Positions 1 to 9,417 of a stretch of DNA of 64,000 bases are shown piece by piece (positions within the stretch are counted from its first letter, which is position 1; each line of letters opens with the position of its first letter). The translations under genes were made by a program, and so were the position numbers. Location: contig CAVQMO010000001.1 of NCBI GenBank assembly GCA_963713605.1, forward strand, positions 704,001 through 768,000, given 5' to 3'. This DNA is from an uncultured Nitrososphaerales archaeon (GTDB lineage Archaea > Thermoproteota > Nitrososphaeria > Nitrososphaerales > Nitrososphaeraceae). Below the pieces are notes generated by a model, which worked only from the letters and a program-made list of their open reading frames with translations, was not told where the DNA came from and did no database searches.

Positions 1-102
1 AGTGCAAAATAAGCGATCAGGTAGAGTCGCTTCGTAAAAACAGAAAGTTTCTGTTCCTGCCCAATGTACAGACCAAAAAATTACAAACGCCAATCCCATC
101 AT
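1..102 (-). pseudogene. 5'-truncated paralog fragment of the membrane protein at 34994-35497 (runs off window edge)
   Basis: Minus strand reads MMGLAFVIF/GLYIGQEQKLSVFTKRLYLIAYFA with one frameshift, versus MMGLAFVLFGFYIGQEHKLSLFTKRLYLISFFA at 35 kb. Confidence 0.7.
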
Positions 103-432
103 GAACTTTTCTTAGCTCCACCTAATTGTACATTAGTCAGTTGAAAGGATATGGACAAAAATCATCAAATGGAATAGTATTTTCAGTCCCTTTCACCTCT
201 CTCCACTAACCTCTCACAGCTGTGTCAGGAGAAGGCGCATTGAATTTAGCGTACTTACATCAAATAATCTTAGATTAATTTTATCGGATCTACATTTACT
301 GAATTCATATTAATAGTAAAGATGTTGAAATTAAATAATTTCTTTTTATCACCTAACAAATCTCAGTCAGATGAAATAGATCATTACCATACACATAGGT
401 TTTAATATTCAAGCATAATTAAATTCATACAA

Positions 433-738
433 ATGTTTCTATTGGATATTATTAAGCATGATACACACAATGAAAATATTTGTGATCTATGTGGTGAAGA
501 ATTTGTGAATTATAAGGATTTGATCGCACACGCAAGACACGTACATCACGATCCAATTATGAAGTGCCATGAGTGTGGTAAGGAATTCATTCACGAAAAA
601 GATAGACTTCATCATATCAGAGAAGAACATCTAAAAAAAATAGATCATCGAACCCATAAATGGGAACATACGAAAAGAGTTAAGGATCCGCAATCTGACG
701 TAGATGAACATATGCATAACTTTGGTGATAATTTCTAA
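433..738 (+). CDS. C2H2-type zinc finger protein (two fingers)
   Basis: CDLC..F....L..H...VH and CHEC.KEF......HH...EH motifs. Confidence 0.85.
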   Translation: MFLLDIIKHDTHNENICDLCGEEFVNYKDLIAHARHVHHDPIMKCHECGKEFIHEKDRLHHIREEHLKKIDHRTHKWEHTKRVKDPQSDVDEHMHNFGDNF

Positions 739-799
739 ATCTCACTTTATTTTGACATCAGATCCGTCTAAGTTCTTTTAGTAGGCCATAACATTATAC

Positions 800-1144
800 C
801 TATCTGACTAAAAGTACAGGGCAATAAGCATACTACATTACACCATTTGCGACACTTCCCATCAATGACCTTTTAGTCCTGTTCCTCTCTTCGTTCCAAA
901 GACTACTAGGCCTCATCAACAGAATAATTTAAAATCAATTCGGTTCAACTAAAGCGTCTGTCTTTATATCTTTCAGACCTGCATTCTTTGCTAATTGTCT
1001 TACTATGTCAAACCAATATTCTACTTTATCTTTAATGTCAGCATATTTGACTGAGTATAATGAATATTCTGAACCGTCTACGGGAACAAGTATCTTGCTT
1101 ATCCTAACTTCAGATCTATCTTCAGTGGCTTTAGTTTCTGCCGT
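800..1144 (-). pseudogene. universal stress protein (UspA family) pseudogene
   Basis: ISKILVPVDGSEYS N-terminal motif and G.TG/LKRSLMGSVANGVM*YAYCPVLLVR* C-terminal motif; internal stop, frameshifts, no intact ATG. Confidence 0.8.
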
Positions 1145-1340
1145 CGTACTATTTTGATAGCACTTCCTTAATAGCAGTTTAACAAGGATTGTAGTTCATT
1201 TATTTATTTCGGTAGTAGTGATTGTAGGGAATAAACCTTTAGCAGAACATACTAAATATAAGAGCAGGCATGTAAAACCCTATCCACTAAAGGAGGACAA
1301 ATTAAAAACGGAGCTCCTAAAGCTAAAAACATCATACTGA

Positions 1341-1592
1341 CTACCCTGCTACCGCACTATCGTACTCTGCGATGCAATGATCTAAATCACTGCCAGTAAA
1401 AGATGCACATACCGCTCCTACATTATATTGATCGACTATTGCAGCTGCCAATCCATACTTGACGCCTATCATGTAAGCATACGTATGTTTTGGAATTGGT
1501 ATAGCTGTTTGAGCCTGAGCCATTGATACTGTTATCGCCGAGAAAGTTACTATGAATACAAAGAACGAGTATAAGGTTGGAGCGGTGGTCAT
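1341..1592 (-). CDS. small secreted hypothetical protein
   Basis: Hydrophobic signal peptide ending AQAQ and one Cys pair; ORF track starts at 1634, ATG at 1592 preferred. Confidence 0.55.
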   Translation of the reverse strand: MTTAPTLYSFFVFIVTFSAITVSMAQAQTAIPIPKHTYAYMIGVKYGLAAAIVDQYNVGAVCASFTGSDLDHCIAEYDSAVAG

Positions 1593-2239
1593 AAGCCAAT
1601 TGTTTTTTGTCTTTTTATGCAGATCATAAATCATTTCTCTCTAGATTCCTGGTATTGTACCTGTCCTTCGGTATTATTAAAAAATGATAATATTATTCGG
1701 TTGGTCCTAATGAGCAGTCTATAATTCACGGCTTTTTTCAGATGTAATAGTATACAATACTAACCGTGAAGCGGCTGATTTGTTATCATACATATATTCA
1801 TCAAATCAATCAAATGCCCACTAATGAGATTGGCAGTACGTTGGCTATCGACCGCTACTTTTGCTTATAAGTTATCCATGCTTGTCTGTTGTTCTCCTAA
1901 GGTACATAGAAGTTATATGATTTCAACTATAGAAGATAACCCTGTGATATATCACAACACGAAATGACAGTCGATTGGAAAAAATAATCTATCATGAGGC
2001 CCGCGATTTCAGTGGATCTCTTAGATGTGGGAAATCACAAAGTTACTATTTCTGTTTTGTTGAACGATTAAGATTGCCGGTGGCAGTTATCTGACCACCA
2101 GACCATTAAGCTTGACAATGGCATTCTGCGCCTCAATAAATCATTAGATGGAAGTATTTCTTATTAACATGTTCAATTGAATGCTGTAAACAATCTTTTG
2201 CATGAGCCAAAAATCCTAATGGATTACGCAACATTGTTC

Positions 2240-2389
2240 TCATACTATGAGAATATTCAAATGGAACTCCAACCTTTGTTCATATTCTTTATCTCCCTCT
2301 TGAATGATCTCAGAAAACTAATATCCATAAGAATTCGTCCACGTTCGATTAATGGACGGACTGGGTGGCTCAAATATACCGTTCTTCAT
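2240..2389 (-). mobile_element. IS5-like transposase N-terminal relic
   Basis: MKNGI.../LIERGRILMDISFLRSFKREIKNMNK/VGVPFEYSHS across frameshifts; resembles the N-terminus of IS5-family transposases (L..RG.. and G.PF.YS motifs). Confidence 0.65.
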
Positions 2390-2467
2390 TTAACTTTTTA
2401 GTTGTCGTTTCGAATTAGTCTGAATGAAAAGGGATTCTTAGCACTAGTGATTTAACATTCCCTCTAC

Positions 2468-2890
2468 CTATTTTTGGACTGTCCTAACAATACCAATCTG
2501 TAATGCCGCTGACAATCCATCGACTACTACCCATGCCTCCTTTATCTTGTTGCCATCAAAATGAAAAACAGTCATACCGACGGTTTCAAATTTCTTATGG
2601 GTAGCTGGAATGCCACGAAATTCCTTTTCGTGCGTTCCTTCAACAACAAAAGTGGAAGCAACTTTACCAGACTCAACTATGCTATCTACCATAGTAAACC
2701 GCATATCAGGAAACGCAGCACGATCTGAGGAAATCCATTTCTTAAAGTTTTCAATTCCTTCCACATCTTCACCGCGAGCATGGTATACAAAGCCAGGTGT
2801 CAATAGACTGTCTATACTGTCCAGATTTCTTTGGTTGTATACGTCATCAAAAAATTGGCGAACTGTTAGTTTAATTTCTACAAGAGACAT
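2468..2890 (-). CDS. SnoaL-like ester cyclase (NTF2 fold)
   Basis: AFPDMRFT, GTHEKEFRGIPAT.KK, DGNKIKEAW motifs. Confidence 0.9.
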   Translation of the reverse strand: MSLVEIKLTVRQFFDDVYNQRNLDSIDSLLTPGFVYHARGEDVEGIENFKKWISSDRAAFPDMRFTMVDSIVESGKVASTFVVEGTHEKEFRGIPATHKKFETVGMTVFHFDGNKIKEAWVVVDGLSAALQIGIVRTVQK

Positions 2891-2949
2891 CCTTAAGCCC
2901 CTTACTATTAGTCAGAATTTAACTGTTTTCTAGCAATATTGGGCAAGGG

Positions 2950-3125
2950 TGGCCAGAAATACCTGTAGGAAATCCCAAATAATTTTCGATACGTGAGCTT
3001 GAACATGCTTGACCACCAGGGGAACTTGTCTCGAGCACTAGGACATCTAGTCCTTCTGAAGCGGCATATACTTCGGCCGCCAATCATGAGGGACCAGCTC
3101 CGATGATTACAAGATCCCGAACATG
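2950..3125 (-). pseudogene. fragment of thioredoxin-reductase-like FAD oxidoreductase
   Basis: [55 protein letters not shown]; in-frame stop, truncated after the GGQ..IENY.GF motif. Confidence 0.8.
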
Positions 3126-3295
3126 GGTTTGATCGATAGACACTATTTTATTTAACACTATCGCTAAAGATATCTCAAAAGCGAACATAAATAGAATTTT
3201 ATAAATACTATAGCTGGGAAACAGGGAGGATAGCTCTGAATATCTATAGAAGTGTTTAATAGCAACCATTCCAAATCAAATACTGATCGGATGAA

Positions 3296-3583
3296 TTGAC
3301 TTTTTCTGATAGGCTAAATAAGGTTAAAGGTGAGATTCCATTTGCACTCACCGTAGTTCAAGATTGGCAATTAACTGAAGAAGATGCCGAGGTTCTACAA
3401 AAACGTGTTAATACGTGGGCGAAATTAAATCAGATAGTCCCTGATCAGGTTTGCTCGAAATACCTTAGTAGACCATTAGGAAGGATTCGACGTCCCTAGC
3501 CTATAAATCAATCATCTTCACCCACATTACCACAATGGCTGGGGTCTGATGATAAAGATATTCTAAAAATTGGGATTTTGTAG
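3296..3583 (+). CDS. putative ATP-grasp RiPP (graspetide) precursor peptide; ORF stops at 3499 as assembled, likely extends to 3583
   Basis: Short ORF directly upstream of the ligase with a PFAL leader-like motif. The same frame is open after the TAG until 3583 (..SSSPTLPQWLGSDDKDILKIGIL*). An overlapping frame encodes FTHITTMAG up to a GGGG run just before SDDKD. Confidence 0.6.
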
Positions 3584-3601
3584 GGTTCGTGTGTTTTTAT
3601 A

Positions 3602-4555
3602 ATGGTTAGAGATAAGGTATTGATTGTTTCTTCTGGTGACGACGAACACAGTAACGTAATATCACAATGGCTTAGGAAAGAGAATCTAGCCGATCCTGTC
3701 CTATTTAATTTTCACGATTTTCCTTTAAGTGCACAAATGACATATCACAATGAACATGGGTCGAGTCTTGTCATCCCAGGATTTGGAACACTAAAAGAGG
3801 ACCAAATTGCAGGAGTTTGGTGGCGTAGGCCGCAAAAATTCTCCTTTGAAAAAAGTATAGTTGATCCTAAAGTGAAAAGATTCTGTGAAGTAAATTGCCA
3901 ACATGCCATACAAGGATTTTTTGAAATTCTCGGAGACCGAGTAGTAGACCCTCCTTTTCGTATTCTAGCTGCTGATAGGAAACTGTTTCAGTTACACATA
4001 GCACAGCGCTGCGATCTCAAAGTTCCCTCTACATGTGCGACTAATGATCCGGCTGTTGCTCGCGACTTCATTGACTCACAATCCGACGGTGTCATATATA
4101 AGATCTTTCGAGAAACTACCAATTTTGTAACTGGGACAACGCTGCTAAAACCCACAGAGTTAGATAACTTACATATGCTTCGCCACAGCCCAGTAATTTT
4201 TCAACAATTCATAGAACCAGATTTCGATATTCGAATTACGATAGTAGGAAAGGATATCTTTTCAGCCAAGCTCACTTCCAGCAAACCAGATGGTAGAGTA
4301 GATATTCGGAAGGACGCTGTTTGCGAAGCTGAACCCTATGAACTACCTCAAGATATAGAACAAAAAATACGAAGGCTCATCTCTATAGTAGGACTGAGAT
4401 ACGCTGCTATTGATATGCGCACGAATAAAAAGGGTGAACATTATTTCCTTGAAATTAATCCTGTCGCTCAATACCTTTTCGTAGAAGTAGCTACCAATCA
4501 ACCAATCACCCGAACACTCGCACGGCTGTTGGCAGACCCCGTAAGTTCTAAATGA
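3602..4555 (+). CDS. MvdC/MvdD-family ATP-grasp peptide ligase (graspetide synthetase)
   Basis: VLIVS..D.H N-terminus, VWWRRP, A..KL.QL..A....L.VP.T..TNDP, IYK, P.IFQQFI...DIR.T.VG, DIR (DWR position), GL.Y.AID, FLEINP..Q.LF.E. Confidence 0.9.
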   Translation: MVRDKVLIVSSGDDEHSNVISQWLRKENLADPVLFNFHDFPLSAQMTYHNEHGSSLVIPGFGTLKEDQIAGVWWRRPQKFSFEKSIVDPKVKRFCEVNCQHAIQGFFEILGDRVVDPPFRILAADRKLFQLHIAQRCDLKVPSTCATNDPAVARDFIDSQSDGVIYKIFRETTNFVTGTTLLKPTELDNLHMLRHSPVIFQQFIEPDFDIRITIVGKDIFSAKLTSSKPDGRVDIRKDAVCEAEPYELPQDIEQKIRRLISIVGLRYAAIDMRTNKKGEHYFLEINPVAQYLFVEVATNQPITRTLARLLADPVSSK

Positions 4556-4625
4556 ACTAGAGGTACTCGAATAATACGATATAAGTATCAAGTGATAATG
4601 ATCGACATTGTTAATAGCTGTTCAA

Positions 4626-4865
4626 TTATAGTTGTTGAACGATTAGTTTGGAATGTTGCAAAATCCATTTGTATTCGCTCAAAGTATCATATATGAAGCC
4701 ATCATCTGGTCTGCAAAATTGATGATAAAATGTATTCGTTTGACCGTTTTCACCTTGGGCAACGTATAAGTGATCTGGACATCCCCATTCTTTACATTTA
4801 TTGCACTTGTGAAATTCATTGGATTTGTCAAACTCATGACACCTCGGCTCTCGACACTTAGCCAT
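4626..4865 (-). CDS. small Cys/His-rich zinc-finger protein (AN1-like spacing)
   Basis: C-x4-C-x11-C-x2-C-x4-C-x2-H-x15-H-x2-C. Confidence 0.65.
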   Translation of the reverse strand: MAKCREPRCHEFDKSNEFHKCNKCKEWGCPDHLYVAQGENGQTNTFYHQFCRPDDGFIYDTLSEYKWILQHSKLIVQQL

Positions 4866-4958
4866 ACAATCAGACTAGCCTGACTCTACTTTTGAATGGA
4901 TTGATTTGAGAAGGTACACACATTAGACCGGAATTTCACTATAAAATACATTATAAAA

Positions 4959-5014
4959 TAACAGCCGGTAACAGTGTGTAACAATAATCATTATGGCTGT
5001 AACAAGTGATAACA
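4959..5014. promoter_or_regulatory. five helically phased TAACA direct repeats
   Basis: TAACA at 4959, 4969, 4979, 5000, 5010 (spacing 10,10,21,10), between two divergent genes. Confidence 0.55.
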
Positions 5015-5051
5015 GATCGAAAAAGCTAAGAGTAGCTGTTTCCCAATTAAA

Positions 5052-5723
5052 TTGTACAGATTTATGCAAGCGTTACTGAATAAGAAAGAGAAAGATGAGT
5101 TAGCGATCCAGCTCTATCAAGAAGGTAAGTCCATGCGAGAGATTGCTCAACAATCTCATCTGTCATTCGGAACTATAGGTAAGATCATTAGACGATTTAA
5201 TGGGCTTGATAATAGTCAAACTCTACCAAGTGATATGAGCAATAAGTCTAAACAAACTCAAGCTTTATTTCTATTCGCACAAGGCAAGCGTCCAATTGAT
5301 GTTGCTGTAGAATTAGATCTTTCATCCAGCGAAGTAGAGAATAAATTACAAGAGTTTTGGATATTGAACAATCTAGACGAACTTGCATGTATATACCTTT
5401 GTCCAGATAATCTTGATCTGTTTCTTCAACTATTTCACATAATGAAGCAAAATAAACTGTTTAATCAGAAAGATATTAAAACTGTGATGAAATATGCTCG
5501 TGATTTACCATCTTTGGAGAACAAATTCCGTGATATTGCAAACACAGTATTAGATCTAGAAATTAAGAAAAAAGAATTGACTGCTCAACTATTAGATCTT
5601 AAATATGTCATAAACCAATACCAAAATGCTATTGATATGAAGAGAGAAAGGCTGTCTAAGATGGAGTCTTCTATGTCACAACTAGCCATCCGCTGTGGTA
5701 AACGAAGGTCAGAGAAGACTTAA
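5052..5723 (+). CDS. double helix-turn-helix + coiled-coil hypothetical protein
   Basis: LYQEGKSMREIAQQSHLSFGTIGKII and LFAQGKRPIDVAVELDLSSSEV HTHs, C-terminal heptad pattern; true start may be ATG 5064. Confidence 0.8.
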   Translation: MYRFMQALLNKKEKDELAIQLYQEGKSMREIAQQSHLSFGTIGKIIRRFNGLDNSQTLPSDMSNKSKQTQALFLFAQGKRPIDVAVELDLSSSEVENKLQEFWILNNLDELACIYLCPDNLDLFLQLFHIMKQNKLFNQKDIKTVMKYARDLPSLENKFRDIANTVLDLEIKKKELTAQLLDLKYVINQYQNAIDMKRERLSKMESSMSQLAIRCGKRRSEKT

Positions 5724-6114
5724 AAGTGAAATCATTGCCATGTCTCAATCACAGGCTACAAATTGCAGCTGCATTTTCTCTCCAGTTAATTATCGAAAAG
5801 ATATAACATAAATCTGAATTAATCCAGACAAGATTTGTAGTCAAATAGGAGCTTGAAGAAGAAAATTGATTAGCTCTCAAGGTGTCGGATTTAGCATGCT
5901 AACTGCGGTTCTAATGCTATCCATGATTATGCTAGTTACGACTGATGAGTTCACAGCGAGTTAGCAACTAATGGACCTCCACTATCAGATAGACAACCAA
6001 TAGCAATATAATGAAGATATTCAAATTGGATGTTAGATTGTGTAATCGCTAGGGGAACGGTTTATAACAGAGGCATTATCGCCGACTTACCTTAAGACAA
6101 CACTATTAATTATA

Positions 6115-6481
6115 TTAATGGCCGTGGCTGAATTGTATTGTTGCTGACGGTTGAGCAGAATAGGTAATAACATTCCATTTATTATCTTTAAAAGTCCAAG
6201 CTTGTGTCTGTTTAATATCAGTTTGATTGTCAGTTACTAAATATGTAATCTGATATCCAGGCAGACCTGATATCACTGTGGGAATAGATTGGCAGCAAAG
6301 TAACGTTACCAAAGGTTTGCCTTAGACTAGCAATAGTAGAATTTAATGTTTCATCTATTAGAAATTTGGCAGTTTTTGAAGCGTCAGCTGCACTAGCAAT
6401 TATCAGATATGGAGATAAATCTATAAAGATCATAAACAGAATCAAGCCACTCATTGCAACCAGTGGGATAAAATGTCTCAT
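6115..6481 (-). pseudogene. PsbP-like secreted protein, frameshifted and deleted
   Basis: Signal peptide in 6230-6481 ORF; ISGLPGYQITY...QAWTFKDNKWNVITYSA in the overlapping 6115-6312 frame. Confidence 0.55.
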
Positions 6482-6778
6482 TTTTTGCTAATACTATACC
6501 TTCTTCTCAGCATCTGCACATAATACTTTACGACAGATAATGAATATATAACCAAATGGCCAGAGCGTTGCCAAAAAATGGTTGTAATTCTCATATGCAA
6601 AGCATAGTCTATTCATCAGGCCGAATTTTACCATATAATAGGTTATGAAATAACAGGTAGTATTGAGAGTAGCGGCCTACCTAGGCGCTACAATCACAAA
6701 AATTGTGCAGTCAGACTTAATATCATATAATTATTAATTTCTAATTCTATAGTCGGGTCTGACTCAGATACTAGCACG

Positions 6779-7080
6779 TTATTCGTTAACAGATTCCTGT
6801 CTAGGAACAACTTTGTTACTCCTATGGAATTCTATCTCCATTCCCCTAGTTTGACTATATTCTATTCTGAATGATTCGTCAGTCGCGATAGAAATCAGTT
6901 CAGTATTTTGAGAATTACAAATGTGACAATCTAGAATCCAGATAGAGACTTTAACTCGTCACTGCCGAAATAAGATGCACACCAATAACACGAATTACAA
7001 ATCACAAAATAGATTTTATCGATAGGCCGCAAAATCTTATTATCTTCAACAGTATTCGAAGAGATCTTTGTTTGCAGCAA
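6779..7080 (-). CDS. zinc-ribbon hypothetical protein (one frameshift; missed by ORF track)
   Basis: YFVICNSCYWCASY.../DCHICNSQNTELISIATDESFRIEYSQTRGMEIEF; paralog of 9043-9234. Confidence 0.7.
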
Positions 7081-7463
7081 GTCATATACTATATTAAGTC
7101 TGACCATTTCTTATCCCATTCCCTAGAAGCCTTTAGTCGGCAGCTATAGTTTTTATGTATTATTATCTCGGCCTTGTTTTTTAAAGAGGCTATGAATTGC
7201 TGAAAGAATGATCATTTATTATAAATTCTGAGCTCTAAAATAGCAAATCTCTGTGTATTTTTTAAAGTCTTTTATATCCGAGTGAATAATTCTACAATAG
7301 TGTTAAATAATCTTGCGAGTCTTTTTGATCCTGGCAAAAAAACTGTAATGATATGCGATGACGAGCGAGATTTGATTATGTATCCAATGTCGTAATCGTA
7401 TCTATAAGACTATGATGTAACCAAAGTCAACTAGTAGAACAAAAAATAACAAGGCACAAAACC

Positions 7464-7916
7464 ATGGTGAGGAAAAATGCTATCAATAAATATAAACTGC
7501 CAGTACCGAAAGATCAGTTACAGCGTATTGACAGAACTTCATCGCCAGCTCATTTGGGCAAACTTCGAAACGCCATTGATCTTTTAGTTGATAAAGATAC
7601 GCCCGTTCTTGCCGCAGCCGACGGAATAGTGACTTTTGTTAAAGATATCTCTGACATCGGAGGACCTAATCCAGCATATTGGGAGTATACAAACTTTATT
7701 GTAATTATGCACTCAAATGGAGAATACTCACGTTACGATCATTTAAGCTACAATAGTTCAATGGTGAAAGTTGGTCAACGTGTCAGAGCAGGCGAAGAGA
7801 TAGCTAAGGTTGGAATGACTGGTTACACATATCTACCACACCTTCATTTCCAGGTTTTTGTGATTAGTGGAATTAATATGTGGACAGACTTCGATACTGT
7901 AAAAGTTCGATTTTAA
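7464..7916 (+). CDS. M23-family metallopeptidase (catalytic domain only)
   Basis: H...NAID, TPVLAAADGIV, YSRYDHL, VKVGQRVRAGE.IAKVG.TG....PHLHF. Confidence 0.9.
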   Translation: MVRKNAINKYKLPVPKDQLQRIDRTSSPAHLGKLRNAIDLLVDKDTPVLAAADGIVTFVKDISDIGGPNPAYWEYTNFIVIMHSNGEYSRYDHLSYNSSMVKVGQRVRAGEEIAKVGMTGYTYLPHLHFQVFVISGINMWTDFDTVKVRF

Positions 7917-8810
7917 TATTCTCCCAGGCATTACTGTCGTAAATATTGCGCGATTAAACATAATATTATTTAGCGGTCAATCTATCGATAGCCTATCTAT
8001 CAATCAATTATTGTTACTATCCAACAGAACACGACTCCCATTGTCAAGGATTTAACACAAGAAGTCTAGAGAATACGTGAATAGTCTGCTAAATCTACTC
8101 AATTAATCAAAACTAGAGATATCGATAGAATTGAAATGCTTGGAGAAGCGCATCTAAGTGTTCGAATTTAAAATTGTTTCTCCGGTAGTGGTTATTGCGA
8201 TGATCGTTCCCGACCAACTAACTTCAGCCGAGTCCAATCAAAATGGTACTGGATACTAACTCAGACATCATAATCTCTCCAGGAGATTCAGAATATATGT
8301 TCTGGCCGTTATCTAATTAATATTTTGTCACTAAATTGTGCATATATCACTCAATGTTTAAGCTTTGGGCTTTCGATTGAAGAACGCAACAACGAGTCAA
8401 AGACTGGAAATTTCGACGTGTACTAGATTGAATAACAGTGGATTACGCAAAAGCGACAACCATTTCATGAGATGTATTTGAGTTTCCATTTTAAATGGAC
8501 TGAATTAAGCAGGTTTCAAAATTATGGTTGAACACACATAGGCAAAATCTTTATGAACGTGTTACAATAGGATGAAACCCGATCTAGAACGTAAAAGATA
8601 GCATTTTGACAATCCGTCTAGGGAAATCATTTTGACACTTTTTGTCAGTAAATGGAAAAAGTATTCTAGAAGAACAGGGATTGAACCCTATCAAGCATCA
8701 GATTGCCGGATCTGAGAAAATGTTCCGGCGGCAATTAGGAGTATGTTAGTCACTTTACAAATAGTTCAAAACGTATCGATAGCAAGATAAACTGAAGATC
8801 TAAACATTTC

Positions 8811-8906
8811 GATGAGCAAGAACTTTTGAAGAATGCTGCGGAGCATGTTGTCAAAGATCATGGATATACAGAAGATATCATGAGACCGCTTTTGCTACAG
8901 ATTTAG
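8811..8906 (+). pseudogene. DUF1059-like small metal-binding protein fragment
   Basis: DEQELLKNAAEHVVKDHGY; N-terminal Cys part missing. Confidence 0.5.
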
Positions 8907-9042
8907 ATATGATTATTCCAATTTTAGTGACGAGAATATCCGAATCGCACCTATTTGTAGTAGGTGCATCGGGACTGATTCATCTCCAAACTTTTTTAGT
9001 TTCTGATACTACAATACTCTTATTTGGATAATATTAATCAGC

Positions 9043-9234
9043 CTAAGCTGGTACTATTTGTTGCTCAGGAGATTCTTGTCTGTCAACAATTTTTTTATTT
9101 CTATAGAACTCTATCTGCATACCCCGGGTGACATTATAATCTATTCTAAATGACTCATTCGATGAGATGAGTATAAGCTCTGTATTATGGGAATTACAAA
9201 GATGACACCGAAGAACTTGTGGCGAAGACTCCAA
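9043..9234 (-). pseudogene. 5'-truncated paralog of the 6779-7080 zinc-ribbon protein
   Basis: CHLCNSHNTELILISSNESFRIDYNVTRGMQIEF; lacks the first CxxC. Confidence 0.65.
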
Positions 9235-9310
9235 GTCGTCAATTCCGAAATTTATCGTTTATGTGTTATAGCATGTTCTGTTAATGGCTTAGACTTTTAG
9301 AGAGAAAATT

Positions 9311-9346
9311 ATTTCCGGTGGCCACCGATACCGCCATGGCGGAAAT
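9311..9346. repeat. GC-rich nested palindromes
   Basis: CGGTGGCCACCG (9316-9327) and CCGCCATGGCGG (9331-9342) are perfect palindromes, enclosed by ATTTCC/GGAAAT. Confidence 0.6.
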
Positions 9347-9417
9347 CCGTTTTACAGTGTAGAGACAAAATAAAATCTCAGCTATAGAATAACTAGATGA
9401 ATAGCCAATTGACTGTT

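Noticed and set aside
3497..3499. Pyrrolysine or programmed read-through of the TAG in the precursor
   Set aside because: No pyl genes in the window and none expected in this lineage; a sequencing error or true nonsense mutation is simpler
3602..4555. RimK, LysX or CofF housekeeping ligase
   Set aside because: N-terminal D.H and WWRRP motifs and the C-terminal EINP..Q.LF.E fit MvdC/D-type enzymes; context is accessory with an upstream peptide ORF
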